The notes under the pieces were generated by a model, which worked only from the letters and a program-made list of their open reading frames with translations, was not told where the DNA came from and did not search any database. A stretch of 64,000 bases of DNA from Candidatus Magasanikiibacteriota bacterium (GTDB taxonomy: Bacteria; Patescibacteriota; Patescibacteriia; Magasanikbacterales; UBA922): NCBI GenBank assembly GCA_018650645.1, contig JABIFP010000025.1, forward strand, positions 7,976 through 71,975, given 5' to 3'. The position numbers and the translations under genes are program-made. Shown piece after piece: positions 52,951 to 63,174 of this stretch (position 1 is the first letter of the stretch; every line of letters starts with the position of its first letter).

Positions 52951-54198
52951 TTATGCTCCTTTTTCAATTATATCTGCAACTTTATGCACATGCGGAATCA
53001 CATCATCCTTTGCATACTTACTTCCTCCGGCTAAATTATCTGCATACGCGCGAAGCCCCGTAACAACCTCTTCCTTTTGCACTGCTGGCAGTGTCCAAAG
53101 TGTCTCATAATCTGCCGTAAGCTCTCCCATCTGGCGATAGAGTTCCGCGTCATCAGAGTCTACGTTCCGAGTAAACGCACCTCGCTCTACCCACCTATCC
53201 ATTGCCTGTTCTTGCTGTTCTGAAAGTTCTTGAGGTGCTTCACGTGCAGATTCTTTATCAGCAACACGTTCTGTTATTTTTGCAGGTTTTGTTTCTCTTG
53301 GTATTTCAGATACTTTTTTTGATTGCTCTACAAGAGCCGGTGATTCGCTGCGAATATCTTCTGTCAAACGATTTGCTTTGTCCACTAAGTCTAGCGGATC
53401 ATAGGAACCAGAATCCACATAATTATTAATTCCCTGAGCTCTTCTCACAACATCTTCCGAATACCCCTTTGCTTGCAGTTGTTCCGCAAGCTCTTGCCAA
53501 TATGTAGCATCTTCTAGCCTACCACTCTCTGCAGGTAATACCACCTCTATAGATGCGTGCACTAATTTCAACTCCAGTTTTGCCCCTTTTTCCGCCCCAA
53601 TGGCAGGATTTACCTCCTGCGCCGCAGCATGACGCTCACGTGATTCACGCTTTTTCTCTGCTCGCTCCATTGCTGCAGCATCACCAATTGCCTCAACATC
53701 CCTATCAAGCGCCAATTCTCTTGCATCCATCGTTGTTTCATACCGACTCTTTCCAATTCCTTCTACCCCTCTGTCCGCTTGCAGCCGGGCAACTTCCGTT
53801 TTGAACTGTGCAAGTGCGTCAGTATACGCTTCAATATGCTGATGACTATCATTTTCAGCAGGACGATCAACTCCCCTCGCTAACAACTCCTGCCGAACAC
53901 CTTTTGCTACGTCAGCCGCAGTCATTTTTCCTTTCAGCGCTGCTGCGACGGCTTCCGCATGTTCTTTGGCTGCGCTCATTTCCGGAAAATCCAAAGTCTG
54001 AGCAATTTCTTCCCACCCTTGAAGCAATTGTGCATCAGAGCCTCCTTCACTCGTTGGCAATTTTGCCTCCATCACACGTCCAATAAGCATTTTTCCATCT
54101 AAAAACTGTTCTTTTGCAGCACTCGCAATATCTTGCTCTGAACGTTCCGGAACACTCTGCAATTCAAATGATTCTGATTGTGTAGGTTCCATAACCAT
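52951..54198 (-). CDS. Hypothetical acidic helical protein
   Basis: 415-aa ORF directly downstream of ruvA; no motif recognised. Confidence 0.65.
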   Translation of the reverse strand: MVMEPTQSESFELQSVPERSEQDIASAAKEQFLDGKMLIGRVMEAKLPTSEGGSDAQLLQGWEEIAQTLDFPEMSAAKEHAEAVAAALKGKMTAADVAKGVRQELLARGVDRPAENDSHQHIEAYTDALAQFKTEVARLQADRGVEGIGKSRYETTMDARELALDRDVEAIGDAAAMERAEKKRESRERHAAAQEVNPAIGAEKGAKLELKLVHASIEVVLPAESGRLEDATYWQELAEQLQAKGYSEDVVRRAQGINNYVDSGSYDPLDLVDKANRLTEDIRSESPALVEQSKKVSEIPRETKPAKITERVADKESAREAPQELSEQQEQAMDRWVERGAFTRNVDSDDAELYRQMGELTADYETLWTLPAVQKEEVVTGLRAYADNLAGGSKYAKDDVIPHVHKVADIIEKGA

Positions 54199-54199
54199 A

Positions 54200-54778
54200 T
54201 TATTTGGAAGATAAAAATTGAAGTGATTGTTTTAATACATCTTCTACTGAGGCTCCTTCAACATATGCGTGCTGCACTGCGGCAAATGCATCCTGCTCAG
54301 AATATCCCATACTCACAAGTGCACCAACAACATCGCCAGAAACACCTGTTTGCTGCATTTGCGCTGACGCTTGCACACTTCCAACCTTACTTTTTAATTC
54401 TACCACCAATCGATCTGCAGTTTTTTTTCCTAAACCTGGCACGCTTCGCAAATATGCAGCATCTCCGCGCCCAATGGCTTCTTGAATCTGATCTAAACTT
54501 CCAAGCCCTAAAATATTTAAAGCTCCTTTGGGTCCAACTCCTTTTACCGTAAGCAGTAGCTCAAAAAAAGCTCTGTCGCTACTTTCAGTAAACCCATACA
54601 AATCTAACGCTGAATCGCTTACCTTTAAATACGTCATCAGTGTAACCGTAGTCCCTTCTGGCAATGCCGTAAGATCTTTTACGCTTACTCGCACATCATA
54701 CCCAACACCACCGCTTGTCATTAACACAATCGATCCGGCAGTTCTATGTGCAACGGTTCCTTTTAATAATGCAATCAT
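54200..54778 (-). CDS. ruvA: Holliday junction branch migration protein RuvA
   Basis: GVGY, LYGF, VKGVGPK, VPGLGKKTA.RL..ELK. Confidence 0.95.
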   Translation of the reverse strand: MIALLKGTVAHRTAGSIVLMTSGGVGYDVRVSVKDLTALPEGTTVTLMTYLKVSDSALDLYGFTESSDRAFFELLLTVKGVGPKGALNILGLGSLDQIQEAIGRGDAAYLRSVPGLGKKTADRLVVELKSKVGSVQASAQMQQTGVSGDVVGALVSMGYSEQDAFAAVQHAYVEGASVEDVLKQSLQFLSSK

Positions 54779-54781
54779 AAC

Positions 54782-56272
54782 CTATCGGAGTAAATCAACA
54801 AATGTTTGAATACCAAATCCGTTGGCTCCACTTTTAATGTAGCTTTTTGCCTTGCCATAATACGAGCAAGACAAATCAATATGTGCCCATGGGTACGCCG
54901 GTTCATCTTCTTTATCTTTTGTAAAAAATTCTAAAAATGCAGCAGCCGTACTTGCGCCACCATATCTTGATCCATTTACTCCACCAATATTTTTTATATC
55001 AGCGATATCACTTTTCATAGCTTCACTATACTCTTCTCCCACGGGTAGTCGCCATAAACGCTCTCCACTTTTTTCAGTGGCCGATACAATCGTGTTTACA
55101 AGTGAATCTACCGGAGAAAAGAGTCCGGATCGTTCTTCCCCAAGAGCAACAAGACAAGCACCTGTCAGTGTGGCAAAGTCAATTACCTGTTTTGGAGATA
55201 ATGATTGTGCATACACAAGTGCATCAGCCAAAATGAGTCGTCCTTCCGCATCAGTATTCTTAATAAGTACTGTTTTTCCATTGCTTGCCGTTAAAATATC
55301 ATCGGGTCTATATGATTGACCACTTGGCATGTTTTCACACGTCGGGATAAGTCCCACAACATGCACAGGTGCATCAAGCGCTGCAAGCGCCTGAACAATA
55401 CCAATGACCGTTGCGCCACCCAGCATGTCGAATTTCATGTCACACATGTAATCCCCTGTTTTAATAGAAAGACCACCTGAGTCAAACGTAATACCTTTTC
55501 CAACAAGTACTGTTGGCGCACCTTCAGCCCCTTTATACTCCATAACAATAAAGCGCGGATCCTGCTCAGATCCTTGTGCCACTCCCAAAAAGCATCCCAT
55601 TTTTTCTGACTCGATTTTTTCTCTCTCCCACACAGCCACTGTCAGCTTATCACTTACTGAAGCCACAGCCTGTGCCTCTTCTGCGAGTAATTTGGGTGTC
55701 ATAATGCTCGGTGGCGTATTACCTAAACGTCGAGCGTTGTTTATTGCCTGCGCAATCAGACTTCCCGCTTGTGCACCCTGCTGCACCTCTTCATTTTTGT
55801 TTGTCACGAGCGTGATCATGTGCATAGGCGTAACTTTTGCTTTTTCTTCTTTATGCTCCTCAAAAGTATATACCGCCATTTCTGCCGCAATCACTGTCTC
55901 CTGTGCGATTCTATCAGCTCCCCACTTTGTAATAAGCGGCTCTAACATATGCACGCTGGGTGAATTGACTTTTTTCTTTTGCGCAACCATAACTCCCGCA
56001 CCAATTGCATGCTTGTACTGCCGAATAGTTACGGTTTTTTCTTTTCCAAGCCCAACTAATACCACACGCTGTAGACGTTCACTCCCAGTTACAAGCATAA
56101 GCACCTCCCCGGCTTTTCCTTCAAAATCTTTTAGCTCTTTTGCCTTTGTAATAAGGCCTTGCACCTCTTCATCAATTTTTTTCACTGAGTCAGATAGTTC
56201 TCCATCTTTAAATAACGGAATAATGTGACAAGCGGAAACGTCAATCTGCTGCTTTATTGTGATCTTCATCAT
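54782..56272 (-). CDS. pepA: Leucyl aminopeptidase (M17)
   Basis: VGKGITFDSGG, MKFDM, NTDAEGRL, ATLTG; start among ATGs 56269-56278. Confidence 0.93.
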   Translation of the reverse strand: MMKITIKQQIDVSACHIIPLFKDGELSDSVKKIDEEVQGLITKAKELKDFEGKAGEVLMLVTGSERLQRVVLVGLGKEKTVTIRQYKHAIGAGVMVAQKKKVNSPSVHMLEPLITKWGADRIAQETVIAAEMAVYTFEEHKEEKAKVTPMHMITLVTNKNEEVQQGAQAGSLIAQAINNARRLGNTPPSIMTPKLLAEEAQAVASVSDKLTVAVWEREKIESEKMGCFLGVAQGSEQDPRFIVMEYKGAEGAPTVLVGKGITFDSGGLSIKTGDYMCDMKFDMLGGATVIGIVQALAALDAPVHVVGLIPTCENMPSGQSYRPDDILTASNGKTVLIKNTDAEGRLILADALVYAQSLSPKQVIDFATLTGACLVALGEERSGLFSPVDSLVNTIVSATEKSGERLWRLPVGEEYSEAMKSDIADIKNIGGVNGSRYGGASTAAAFLEFFTKDKEDEPAYPWAHIDLSCSYYGKAKSYIKSGANGFGIQTFVDLLR

Positions 56273-56366
56273 ATACATATCATTACAAACAATATATCCA
56301 TTGTACTCAATCGCTGCGGCCTGGTCAATTTGCTGCTTTTTTATAGCTTTGATACAATGCGGACGT

Positions 56367-56909
56367 ATGAAAATTGCAATCATAGGAACACATTCTACAG
56401 GAAAAACCACGCTGTGTAAGCTGCTCCATGCAAAACTCACACTGCAACAAAAGGAAGCCTATTTAATGCCCGAATATGTCCGCATGTGCCCGTTTCCTAT
56501 TAACGAAGGAACCACGTTAGAGGCGCAGCAGTGGATTTTAAATCAGCAAATGATGCAAGAAGGCATGTATCATACGAATGATGATAAGATTATCATCTGC
56601 GACAGGGCGACTATAGATAATTTTGCCTACATGCATACGGCCTTTGCGGATTCAGAGCACGACATTGCTCCGCATGAAGCTGACGCCGTACGATTTATGC
56701 AGACGTACGACTACGTTTTTAAAACACATCGATTACCTATTGCGGCAAAGGCGGACGGCATACGCACAACAAATGAAGCGTTCCGCGAAACAATCGATAC
56801 TAATTTACAGAAGCTTTTACAAAAACATTCTATTGCTACTGTCCCCCTGCAAAAGACCATTGACTACGATATACACCTCAAAGACATCCTCGCTCTCATA
56901 AGCGCTTAA
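56367..56909 (+). CDS. AAA_28/NadR-like P-loop kinase
   Basis: IAIIGTHSTGKTT, ICDR, DGIR. Confidence 0.78.
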   Translation: MKIAIIGTHSTGKTTLCKLLHAKLTLQQKEAYLMPEYVRMCPFPINEGTTLEAQQWILNQQMMQEGMYHTNDDKIIICDRATIDNFAYMHTAFADSEHDIAPHEADAVRFMQTYDYVFKTHRLPIAAKADGIRTTNEAFRETIDTNLQKLLQKHSIATVPLQKTIDYDIHLKDILALISA

Positions 56910-56996
56910 AAATACGGAAACGTATTTTTTTGTTTGGCGTATTGACGAGAGGCCCTATGTGTGGTTGTATGACCAGGAATCAAAAGGGGTACATTC

Positions 56997-57839
56997 ATGA
57001 AAATACGATTTGATGCAGGAGTCAGCCGAATTGTTGGCTGGAAGGTTGATCCGAGAGGGGAGAAAATTCCCCAATCTCAGCAAGACAGCTTCATTGTCAG
57101 CGAGAAGCTCGGTCTGTTCGTTGTCTTTGACGGCGTGGGTGGGCATGCAGGCGGAGAAGTTGCCAGCGCCATGGCGGCGACGCTTTTGGAAGAGAGCTTC
57201 ACGCTGCTGATACAAGTACTTGAGGTGGAAGCAGCACAGCGCGAACCCTACCGAATCCAATCGGAGATAGAAGCTGCGCTCAGGCGGGCCAGTAGAGCAA
57301 TCTACCACGCCGGCCGCAGAGATCCTGCGCTTGATTACATGGCCACCACAGTCAGCGGCGTCTTCTTCTACGAAGGAACCGCCTACTACTTCAACGTCGG
57401 CGACAGCCGCTGCTACAGGGAGCAAAACGGCGAGTTTGAGCAGATGACGCGGGATCACTCCTATGTGGCTGACCAGCTCTATGAGGGACTCATCACCGCA
57501 GAAGAGGCGCGAAACCACCCAGATCGAGGTGGGATGCACGCGGCACTTGGATTCCGCGACATTTCCGATTATGTCGATGTCCGCTACACACCCTCGCAGC
57601 CCGGCGACGGCTGGATCATCTGCACGGACGGCCTGGTGGACTACGCCGACCCGGACCGATGGGAAGTTGTAGCGTCTTCCCAACTACGCCGTGGCATCTG
57701 CACCGACGAGATCGCTACGACGCTGACCAACCTGACCACCGCAGAAGCCGGTATTCCACTGGGGTCTTTCCCCGGCGAGTACTACGACTACAACAGGTGC
57801 GACAACACCACGGTGATTGCACTGCGCATTTGCCGATGA
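56997..57839 (+). CDS. GC-rich cassette ORF 9, PP2C-family Ser/Thr phosphatase
   Basis: VFDGVGGHAGGEVAS, NVGDSRCY, TRDHSYV, CTDGL, DNTTV. Confidence 0.9.
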   Translation: MKIRFDAGVSRIVGWKVDPRGEKIPQSQQDSFIVSEKLGLFVVFDGVGGHAGGEVASAMAATLLEESFTLLIQVLEVEAAQREPYRIQSEIEAALRRASRAIYHAGRRDPALDYMATTVSGVFFYEGTAYYFNVGDSRCYREQNGEFEQMTRDHSYVADQLYEGLITAEEARNHPDRGGMHAALGFRDISDYVDVRYTPSQPGDGWIICTDGLVDYADPDRWEVVASSQLRRGICTDEIATTLTNLTTAEAGIPLGSFPGEYYDYNRCDNTTVIALRICR

Positions 57840-57899
57840 ACAACCGAGGAGACGACAAAAAAACGACCGGGGCTAGGGGCCCGGTCGTATTTTTTTTGC

Positions 57900-60794
57900 T
57901 TACTTTGTGACACTAATGTGCAATCTTTCTCCATTCAATACTTCTTCTTCAGCATCTGCGTCACCAAGCGTAATACTGTCTGCTAATACCGCAGAGGCAA
58001 AAGCATCTTTATATGTATCTACAACCTCTTGCACCATTGCGCTTTCCGTTTGCACCGTCACGTGCACACGCGCGTCTCTTGTTAATCCCTGCGCTTTTCT
58101 TTTTCCATTCACACTTCTAATTAACTCCCGGAGTAGTCCCTCTTTTTTCAATTCTTCAGTCATAGTAAGGTCGAGAGCAACATGCATATCAACTTCTTCG
58201 CGGATTTCCCAACCTGATTGCAATTCAGTAGCATGCGCTACTTTTTTTACATTTAACTCCTCAGCAATAATCGATTCGTAGGCAGTATCAAGCGCTTCCC
58301 CTGTGTATACAAATTGCCCAAGCGGCTGACGCACTTTTACTTTTGCATCTTTTCTTAATGACAATCCATACTCAACCATTTTTCTAACACGAGTCATCTG
58401 CAGTAATGCCGCAGAATCGACTTTTGGCATTTCGTTAGGCCAACGTTCCAAATGGACGCTTTCCGCTTCATCTTCGGCATGCACTTTCTGCCATACTTGC
58501 TCAGCAATAAAGGGTGTGAATGGCGCCATGAGTACGGCAAGTCGTTTCAATACTGTTTCAAGTGTCCCTAAACATGCTGCAGCATCTGCTTTATCACTTC
58601 CCTTCATGCGGTCTCTACTTCTTCGCACATACCACTGAGAAAGATCTAAAATGAAATCCATAATTGGCCGACTCGCTTCCGCCAAGCGGTACGCATCCAT
58701 CTCTGTTGTTACAGTAACCGTAAGCTCATCAAGTCGCGTAATAATCCATGCATCTAACACATGCGTAGAATCTGCTGCCGGAGTAATCTCTCCTGCAAAC
58801 AGTTCATAAAACACAACAACATTGGAAAGTGTATTCACTACTTTGTTAAATACTTCTCGTACTCCAACCTCAGAAAAACTCAAGTTTTCTGCAGAAACAA
58901 TCGGAGAAGACATCAAATAATAACGCAGTGCATCTGCTCCATATTTTTCTAGTACTCCCATTGGGTCTGGATAGTTTCGCAATTTTTTACTCATCTTTTT
59001 TCCATCTTCCGCCAAAGCAATACCGTTAACAATCACGTTTTCATATGCCGGCGTTCCTTTGATGGCCGTAGAAAGGACATGCAAGTAGTAAAACCACGCA
59101 CGTGTTTGATCATCTCCCTCTGCAATAAACTTAGCCGGAAATCCAGCTTCAAATTTTTCTTCATTTTCAAATGGATAATGCACCTGTGCATATGGCATGG
59201 ATCCAGAATCGAACCAAGTATCCAATACATCTGGAATACGTTTCATTTCTCCACCACAATCACATGCAAATACTACCTCATCTACAATATGTTTATGCAA
59301 GTCATCCACTTTTACTCCAGAAGCTGCTTCAAGCTCTGCAATAGATCCCATGACTTTACGTTCACACTTTTCAGGATTCTCTGTGCACTCCCAAACAGGC
59401 ATCACAGATGCCCAAAATCGCTGTCTTGAAATTGACCAGTCGCGTGCACCTGCTAACCAATTACCAAACCGTCCTTCTTTCATGTGTGAAGGAGACCAAT
59501 TGATTTTTTTTGCTTGTTCTAACGCATCTGCTTTTACTTTCGTCACCGCAACAAACCAACTACTCGTTGCGTAGTTTATAAGTGGCGTATCACAACGCCA
59601 ACAATGCGGATAACTATGTTCGTATTTCTTTTTGCTAAATAATTTTCCGTTATGTGCTAGCCATTTAATGATTTCAATATCCGTTTTCATGTGATCATCT
59701 TGCGGCTTCACATGCATGCCAGCAAAATCCGTTACATCATCTGTAAATCTTCCATTCATTTTTACATGCTGAATAAATGGCACGTTTTCTTGTTTGAAAA
59801 CTTCGTAATCATCCGTTCCAAATGCCGGTGCAAGATGTACCAGTCCAGTTCCGTCTTCTGTAGTGACAAAATCAGCTGTCACCACGCGAAATGAATTTTC
59901 TGAGTCTGCAAAATATGGGAACAGTGGTTCATACACCATACCAACCAAATCTGATCCGCTCGCATGCCCCATAACTTCAAATTCTTTTCCTTCAAAATTT
60001 TTCATTACCAAATCTTTGGCAACAATATAATGTGCATCTTCTAATTTCACCACCGCATATTCAACATCTGCCCCAACGGCTATGAGCACATTCCCCGGAA
60101 GCGTCCACGGTGTCGTTGTCCACGCTAAAAAGTAAATATCACCCTCAATATCTTGCAGTGCTTCTTTTTTATCAACCACTTTAAACTGCGCCGTTACAGA
60201 TAAATCTTTTACATCTTTATATCCTTCAGAAACTTCCTGCTGAGAAAGCGTGGTCTCACACCGCGGACAGATATGCATTGGCTTATAGCCTTTGTAAATC
60301 AAATCTTTTTCCCAAAGCTGCTTAAACACCCACCAAATCGATTCCATATATGGTGTATCCATGGTTCGGTAAGCGTTTTTCATATCCACCCAACGCCCAA
60401 GTCGAGTTACGACTTTTTCCCAATCATCAACATAACTCAAAATTTTTGTTCGGCACTTTTCATTAAAAACATCCACACCAAGTTCTTCAATTTCTTGTTT
60501 ACTTTTTGTGCCGAGTTCTTTTTCTACAATATTTTCAATTGGTAATCCGTGACAATCCCAACCCCAAACACGTTCAACTCTGTGTCCTTTCATTGTTTGG
60601 TATCTTGGCACCACATCTTTCATCACAGACCCAACAATGTGGCCATAATGTGGCAATCCTGTCGCAAACGGTGGCCCATCATAAAAAACATACGGTTTAT
60701 CTGCTGGCCGCTCACTTACTGATCTATTAAATACATCTTTGTCCTTCCAATATTTTAGGACATCGAGTTCATGTTCTTGAGGATTGTATGGCAT
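57900..60794 (-). CDS. ileS: Isoleucine-tRNA ligase, type 2
   Basis: DGPPFATGLPHYGH, WTTTPWTLP, KMSKK; true ATG 60794. Confidence 0.97.
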   Translation of the reverse strand: MPYNPQEHELDVLKYWKDKDVFNRSVSERPADKPYVFYDGPPFATGLPHYGHIVGSVMKDVVPRYQTMKGHRVERVWGWDCHGLPIENIVEKELGTKSKQEIEELGVDVFNEKCRTKILSYVDDWEKVVTRLGRWVDMKNAYRTMDTPYMESIWWVFKQLWEKDLIYKGYKPMHICPRCETTLSQQEVSEGYKDVKDLSVTAQFKVVDKKEALQDIEGDIYFLAWTTTPWTLPGNVLIAVGADVEYAVVKLEDAHYIVAKDLVMKNFEGKEFEVMGHASGSDLVGMVYEPLFPYFADSENSFRVVTADFVTTEDGTGLVHLAPAFGTDDYEVFKQENVPFIQHVKMNGRFTDDVTDFAGMHVKPQDDHMKTDIEIIKWLAHNGKLFSKKKYEHSYPHCWRCDTPLINYATSSWFVAVTKVKADALEQAKKINWSPSHMKEGRFGNWLAGARDWSISRQRFWASVMPVWECTENPEKCERKVMGSIAELEAASGVKVDDLHKHIVDEVVFACDCGGEMKRIPDVLDTWFDSGSMPYAQVHYPFENEEKFEAGFPAKFIAEGDDQTRAWFYYLHVLSTAIKGTPAYENVIVNGIALAEDGKKMSKKLRNYPDPMGVLEKYGADALRYYLMSSPIVSAENLSFSEVGVREVFNKVVNTLSNVVVFYELFAGEITPAADSTHVLDAWIITRLDELTVTVTTEMDAYRLAEASRPIMDFILDLSQWYVRRSRDRMKGSDKADAAACLGTLETVLKRLAVLMAPFTPFIAEQVWQKVHAEDEAESVHLERWPNEMPKVDSAALLQMTRVRKMVEYGLSLRKDAKVKVRQPLGQFVYTGEALDTAYESIIAEELNVKKVAHATELQSGWEIREEVDMHVALDLTMTEELKKEGLLRELIRSVNGKRKAQGLTRDARVHVTVQTESAMVQEVVDTYKDAFASAVLADSITLGDADAEEEVLNGERLHISVTK

Positions 60795-60797
60795 AGG

Positions 60798-60975
60798 AAA
60801 AATAAAAAAAACACCTGTAAAATGAGGACTCCATTGGAGCGGTACCACCTCAATTCCACACGTGTGGCGCTTGATTACAGCTGTACTGGGCTTACCCATG
60901 GGATTCTACTTGGCTGTTTGCCGTTCTTTCCCTTGCGCATCGATTCGATTCCCGGTTGATTGCCGGTATGGCGCT
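60798..60975 (-). promoter_or_regulatory. Ile T-box riboswitch with ultrashort stem I
   Basis: Minus strand: CCGG-CAAUCAA-CCGG (AUC specifier), GAAC..AGUAGAA stem II, GGG-UAAG-CCC, GAGGUGGUACCGC, then U-tract; promoter TTGACT-16-TATAGT upstream. Confidence 0.88.
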
Positions 60976-61111
60976 TGTTTTTATTGTGGATTTACTATAG
61001 CAGATGCAAGTTATTAGTCAAGAACAAACACCTCTATATATAGTATGTATTAAAAAAGGCGCCGCCGGGTGATCCCCGGTCGACGCCATGTTCTTGGTTC
61101 CCCCCGAATGG

Positions 61112-61888
61112 TCAGCTCAGATGACCTGCTTGCTGAAGCAGCGTCACTAGAGCCTTGGGATCCACGGCAAGCTTGGCAAGCTCGCTCTCTGCGCGAAGCC
61201 GCTGCACTTGTAGCTCACCAGCCTCAATAGCGGTGGCGAGCGCCTCTTTCCTGGCATGCGAGAGGGCCTTCTCCGCCTGACGCTCCCCTTCCGTCCGCTT
61301 CATGGACTGCAGTTCATCATAGGCGCGACCACACTCAGCCTGAGCAGCCTCATACGCGGTGACAGCGCTCTGAAGAGTACGCTGGAGCTGACGCACCTCA
61401 CCAGCGTGAATCTCCACACCCGCCTGATGAGCCAATAGAAGTTGTTCAGCCTCAGCCATCGGTGTCATGCCGCCGACGAGTAGTCCGCTGACCATGCCGA
61501 TCTCACTCTCGACCTGCGCTCGCTCTGTTTGGTGCCCGCGTAGGTTCTTCTTCGCCACCGCCAGCTCGTACCCGTCCCCCACAACGGCGGCCAGCCTGTC
61601 GCGAAGCGCTGATGGCTTCATCCCTTTCAGCGATAGCTTGAGCTCCGTTCGCGTGGAGTTGTTGCCCGGCTGCACCGTGACCGTCACGCCGCTCGAGTCG
61701 ATATCCCCGATCTTGGCGTTCTGGAGACCCTTGGTGTGTCCCGTACCTCTCGGCATCCCGCTCGTAAGCTTCACCGATAGCTCCCCTGCGAGCTGAGCAA
61801 GCTCGGCCCACTCGCGAAGAATCCTCTCCAAGAGCCTCTTGAGCTTTGAGTCGGGATCATGCCCCTTAAACTCAATTTGCAAACTCAT
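61112..61888 (-). CDS. GC-rich cassette ORF 10, hypothetical with C-terminal coiled coil
   Basis: TTGACT promoter, GC-rich terminator at 61052-61087, weak SD. Confidence 0.65.
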   Translation of the reverse strand: MSLQIEFKGHDPDSKLKRLLERILREWAELAQLAGELSVKLTSGMPRGTGHTKGLQNAKIGDIDSSGVTVTVQPGNNSTRTELKLSLKGMKPSALRDRLAAVVGDGYELAVAKKNLRGHQTERAQVESEIGMVSGLLVGGMTPMAEAEQLLLAHQAGVEIHAGEVRQLQRTLQSAVTAYEAAQAECGRAYDELQSMKRTEGERQAEKALSHARKEALATAIEAGELQVQRLRAESELAKLAVDPKALVTLLQQAGHLS

Positions 61889-62021
61889 CCTTTACTCTAC
61901 TTTCAACCACGGTAGTAAAGATGTGGTCCCTCACTAATACCACTTTTATTACCAAATAGTCAAGCCTCCTTGCCCCTCCGCGCCTACCTGCTATAATGGC
62001 TACACATATATAAAAGACTCT

Positions 62022-62492
62022 ATGACAACACAGCAACTGTTTATCGCGTCAGATCACGGCGGGTATCAACTTAAAAAGCGCCTCATTCGCTATATTGAAA
62101 ATGAACTCAAACTCAGCATTACAGACATGGGGCCAAAAGAATATGATGAAACGGATGATTACCCTGACTACGTCATTCCGCTAACAAAAAAAGTGTTAGA
62201 AACAAAAGGGCGCGGTATTGTTATTTGTAAAAATGGGATTGGCGTCTGTATTGATGCCAATAAAGTTGCTGGTATTCGTTGTGGTATCGGCTACAACTTA
62301 ATGGCTGCAGAAACTATGATGAAGGATGACAACACCAATGTCCTTGCTCTTGCGGCAAAAACACTCAGTGACGATCACGCAATGGCCGTAACCGAAAAAT
62401 GGCTAGAGACAAAATTTTCTGAAGCAAAGCGGCATGAACGCAGACTTAAAAAAATCGCGGCAATTGAATGTGATAACACTGATAAGCTATGA
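62022..62492 (+). CDS. rpiB: Ribose-5-phosphate isomerase B
   Basis: ASDHGG, DDYPD, ICKNGIG, ANKVAGIR, RHERR. Confidence 0.92.
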   Translation: MTTQQLFIASDHGGYQLKKRLIRYIENELKLSITDMGPKEYDETDDYPDYVIPLTKKVLETKGRGIVICKNGIGVCIDANKVAGIRCGIGYNLMAAETMMKDDNTNVLALAAKTLSDDHAMAVTEKWLETKFSEAKRHERRLKKIAAIECDNTDKL

Positions 62493-63133
62493 TTCGTATT
62501 ATTCCATCAGTACTCGTACATTCTGCTGAAGAATTTGATGCGCAAGTACAAACAATGAAAGAAGTGACAAATTTTGTCCAAATCGATATTGCTGACGGCG
62601 AATTTGTAGAAGGTAAAACGTGGATTGATGCTGCGTATGTTGCTGCAAATATGCCAATCGATTTTGAACTGCACATGATGGTGGCAAACCCACTAGAAGT
62701 AGCAGAGCAATGGAAAAACCAAGCACACCTCAAGCGATTTATTGTGCATTACGAATCACTCAAGAACCCAACCGAAGAATTAACAGCGCTCAAAGCACAT
62801 GGCAAAGAAGTGGCGCTCTGCATTAACCCAGAAACGCCCATTGCCGTAGTCAGCGATGTGGTTACTCTTATAGATGGGCTGCAGCTGATGAGTGTGCACC
62901 CAGGAAAACAAGGGCAAGCCTTTATTACGGATACAATTGATCGCGCGCACGCCCTGCATCAGCAATTTCCAGAACTTGAACTTGCTGCAGACGGGCATAT
63001 TAATGCAGAAACTATTCCCCCACTCGCAGCAGCTGGGGTAACTCGATTTGGCCCAGGTAGCGCTATTTGGAAAGGTGCGCCAAAAGATAATTATGAAGCG
63101 CTTGTGGCACTTACCCACACGTTGCCGCAATAG
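62489..63133 (+). CDS. rpe: Ribulose-phosphate 3-epimerase
   Basis: IDIADGEFV, ELHMMV, INPETP, MSVHPG, GSAI. Confidence 0.9.
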   Translation: MIRIIPSVLVHSAEEFDAQVQTMKEVTNFVQIDIADGEFVEGKTWIDAAYVAANMPIDFELHMMVANPLEVAEQWKNQAHLKRFIVHYESLKNPTEELTALKAHGKEVALCINPETPIAVVSDVVTLIDGLQLMSVHPGKQGQAFITDTIDRAHALHQQFPELELAADGHINAETIPPLAAAGVTRFGPGSAIWKGAPKDNYEALVALTHTLPQ

Positions 63134-63174
63134 TGCATCACTGTTATAGTGCAATCACATTAACCAATATTTAT

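Noticed and set aside
52951-54198. 415-aa ORF as another GC-rich cassette
   Set aside because: Native composition, T-ATG start without SD, translationally coupled to ruvA.
60795-60899. 35-aa N-terminal extension of IleS, and similar extensions of rplA, zwf, pepA and bL31
   Set aside because: They run through the T-box, L1 leader or neighbouring genes; downstream T-ATG starts fit better.
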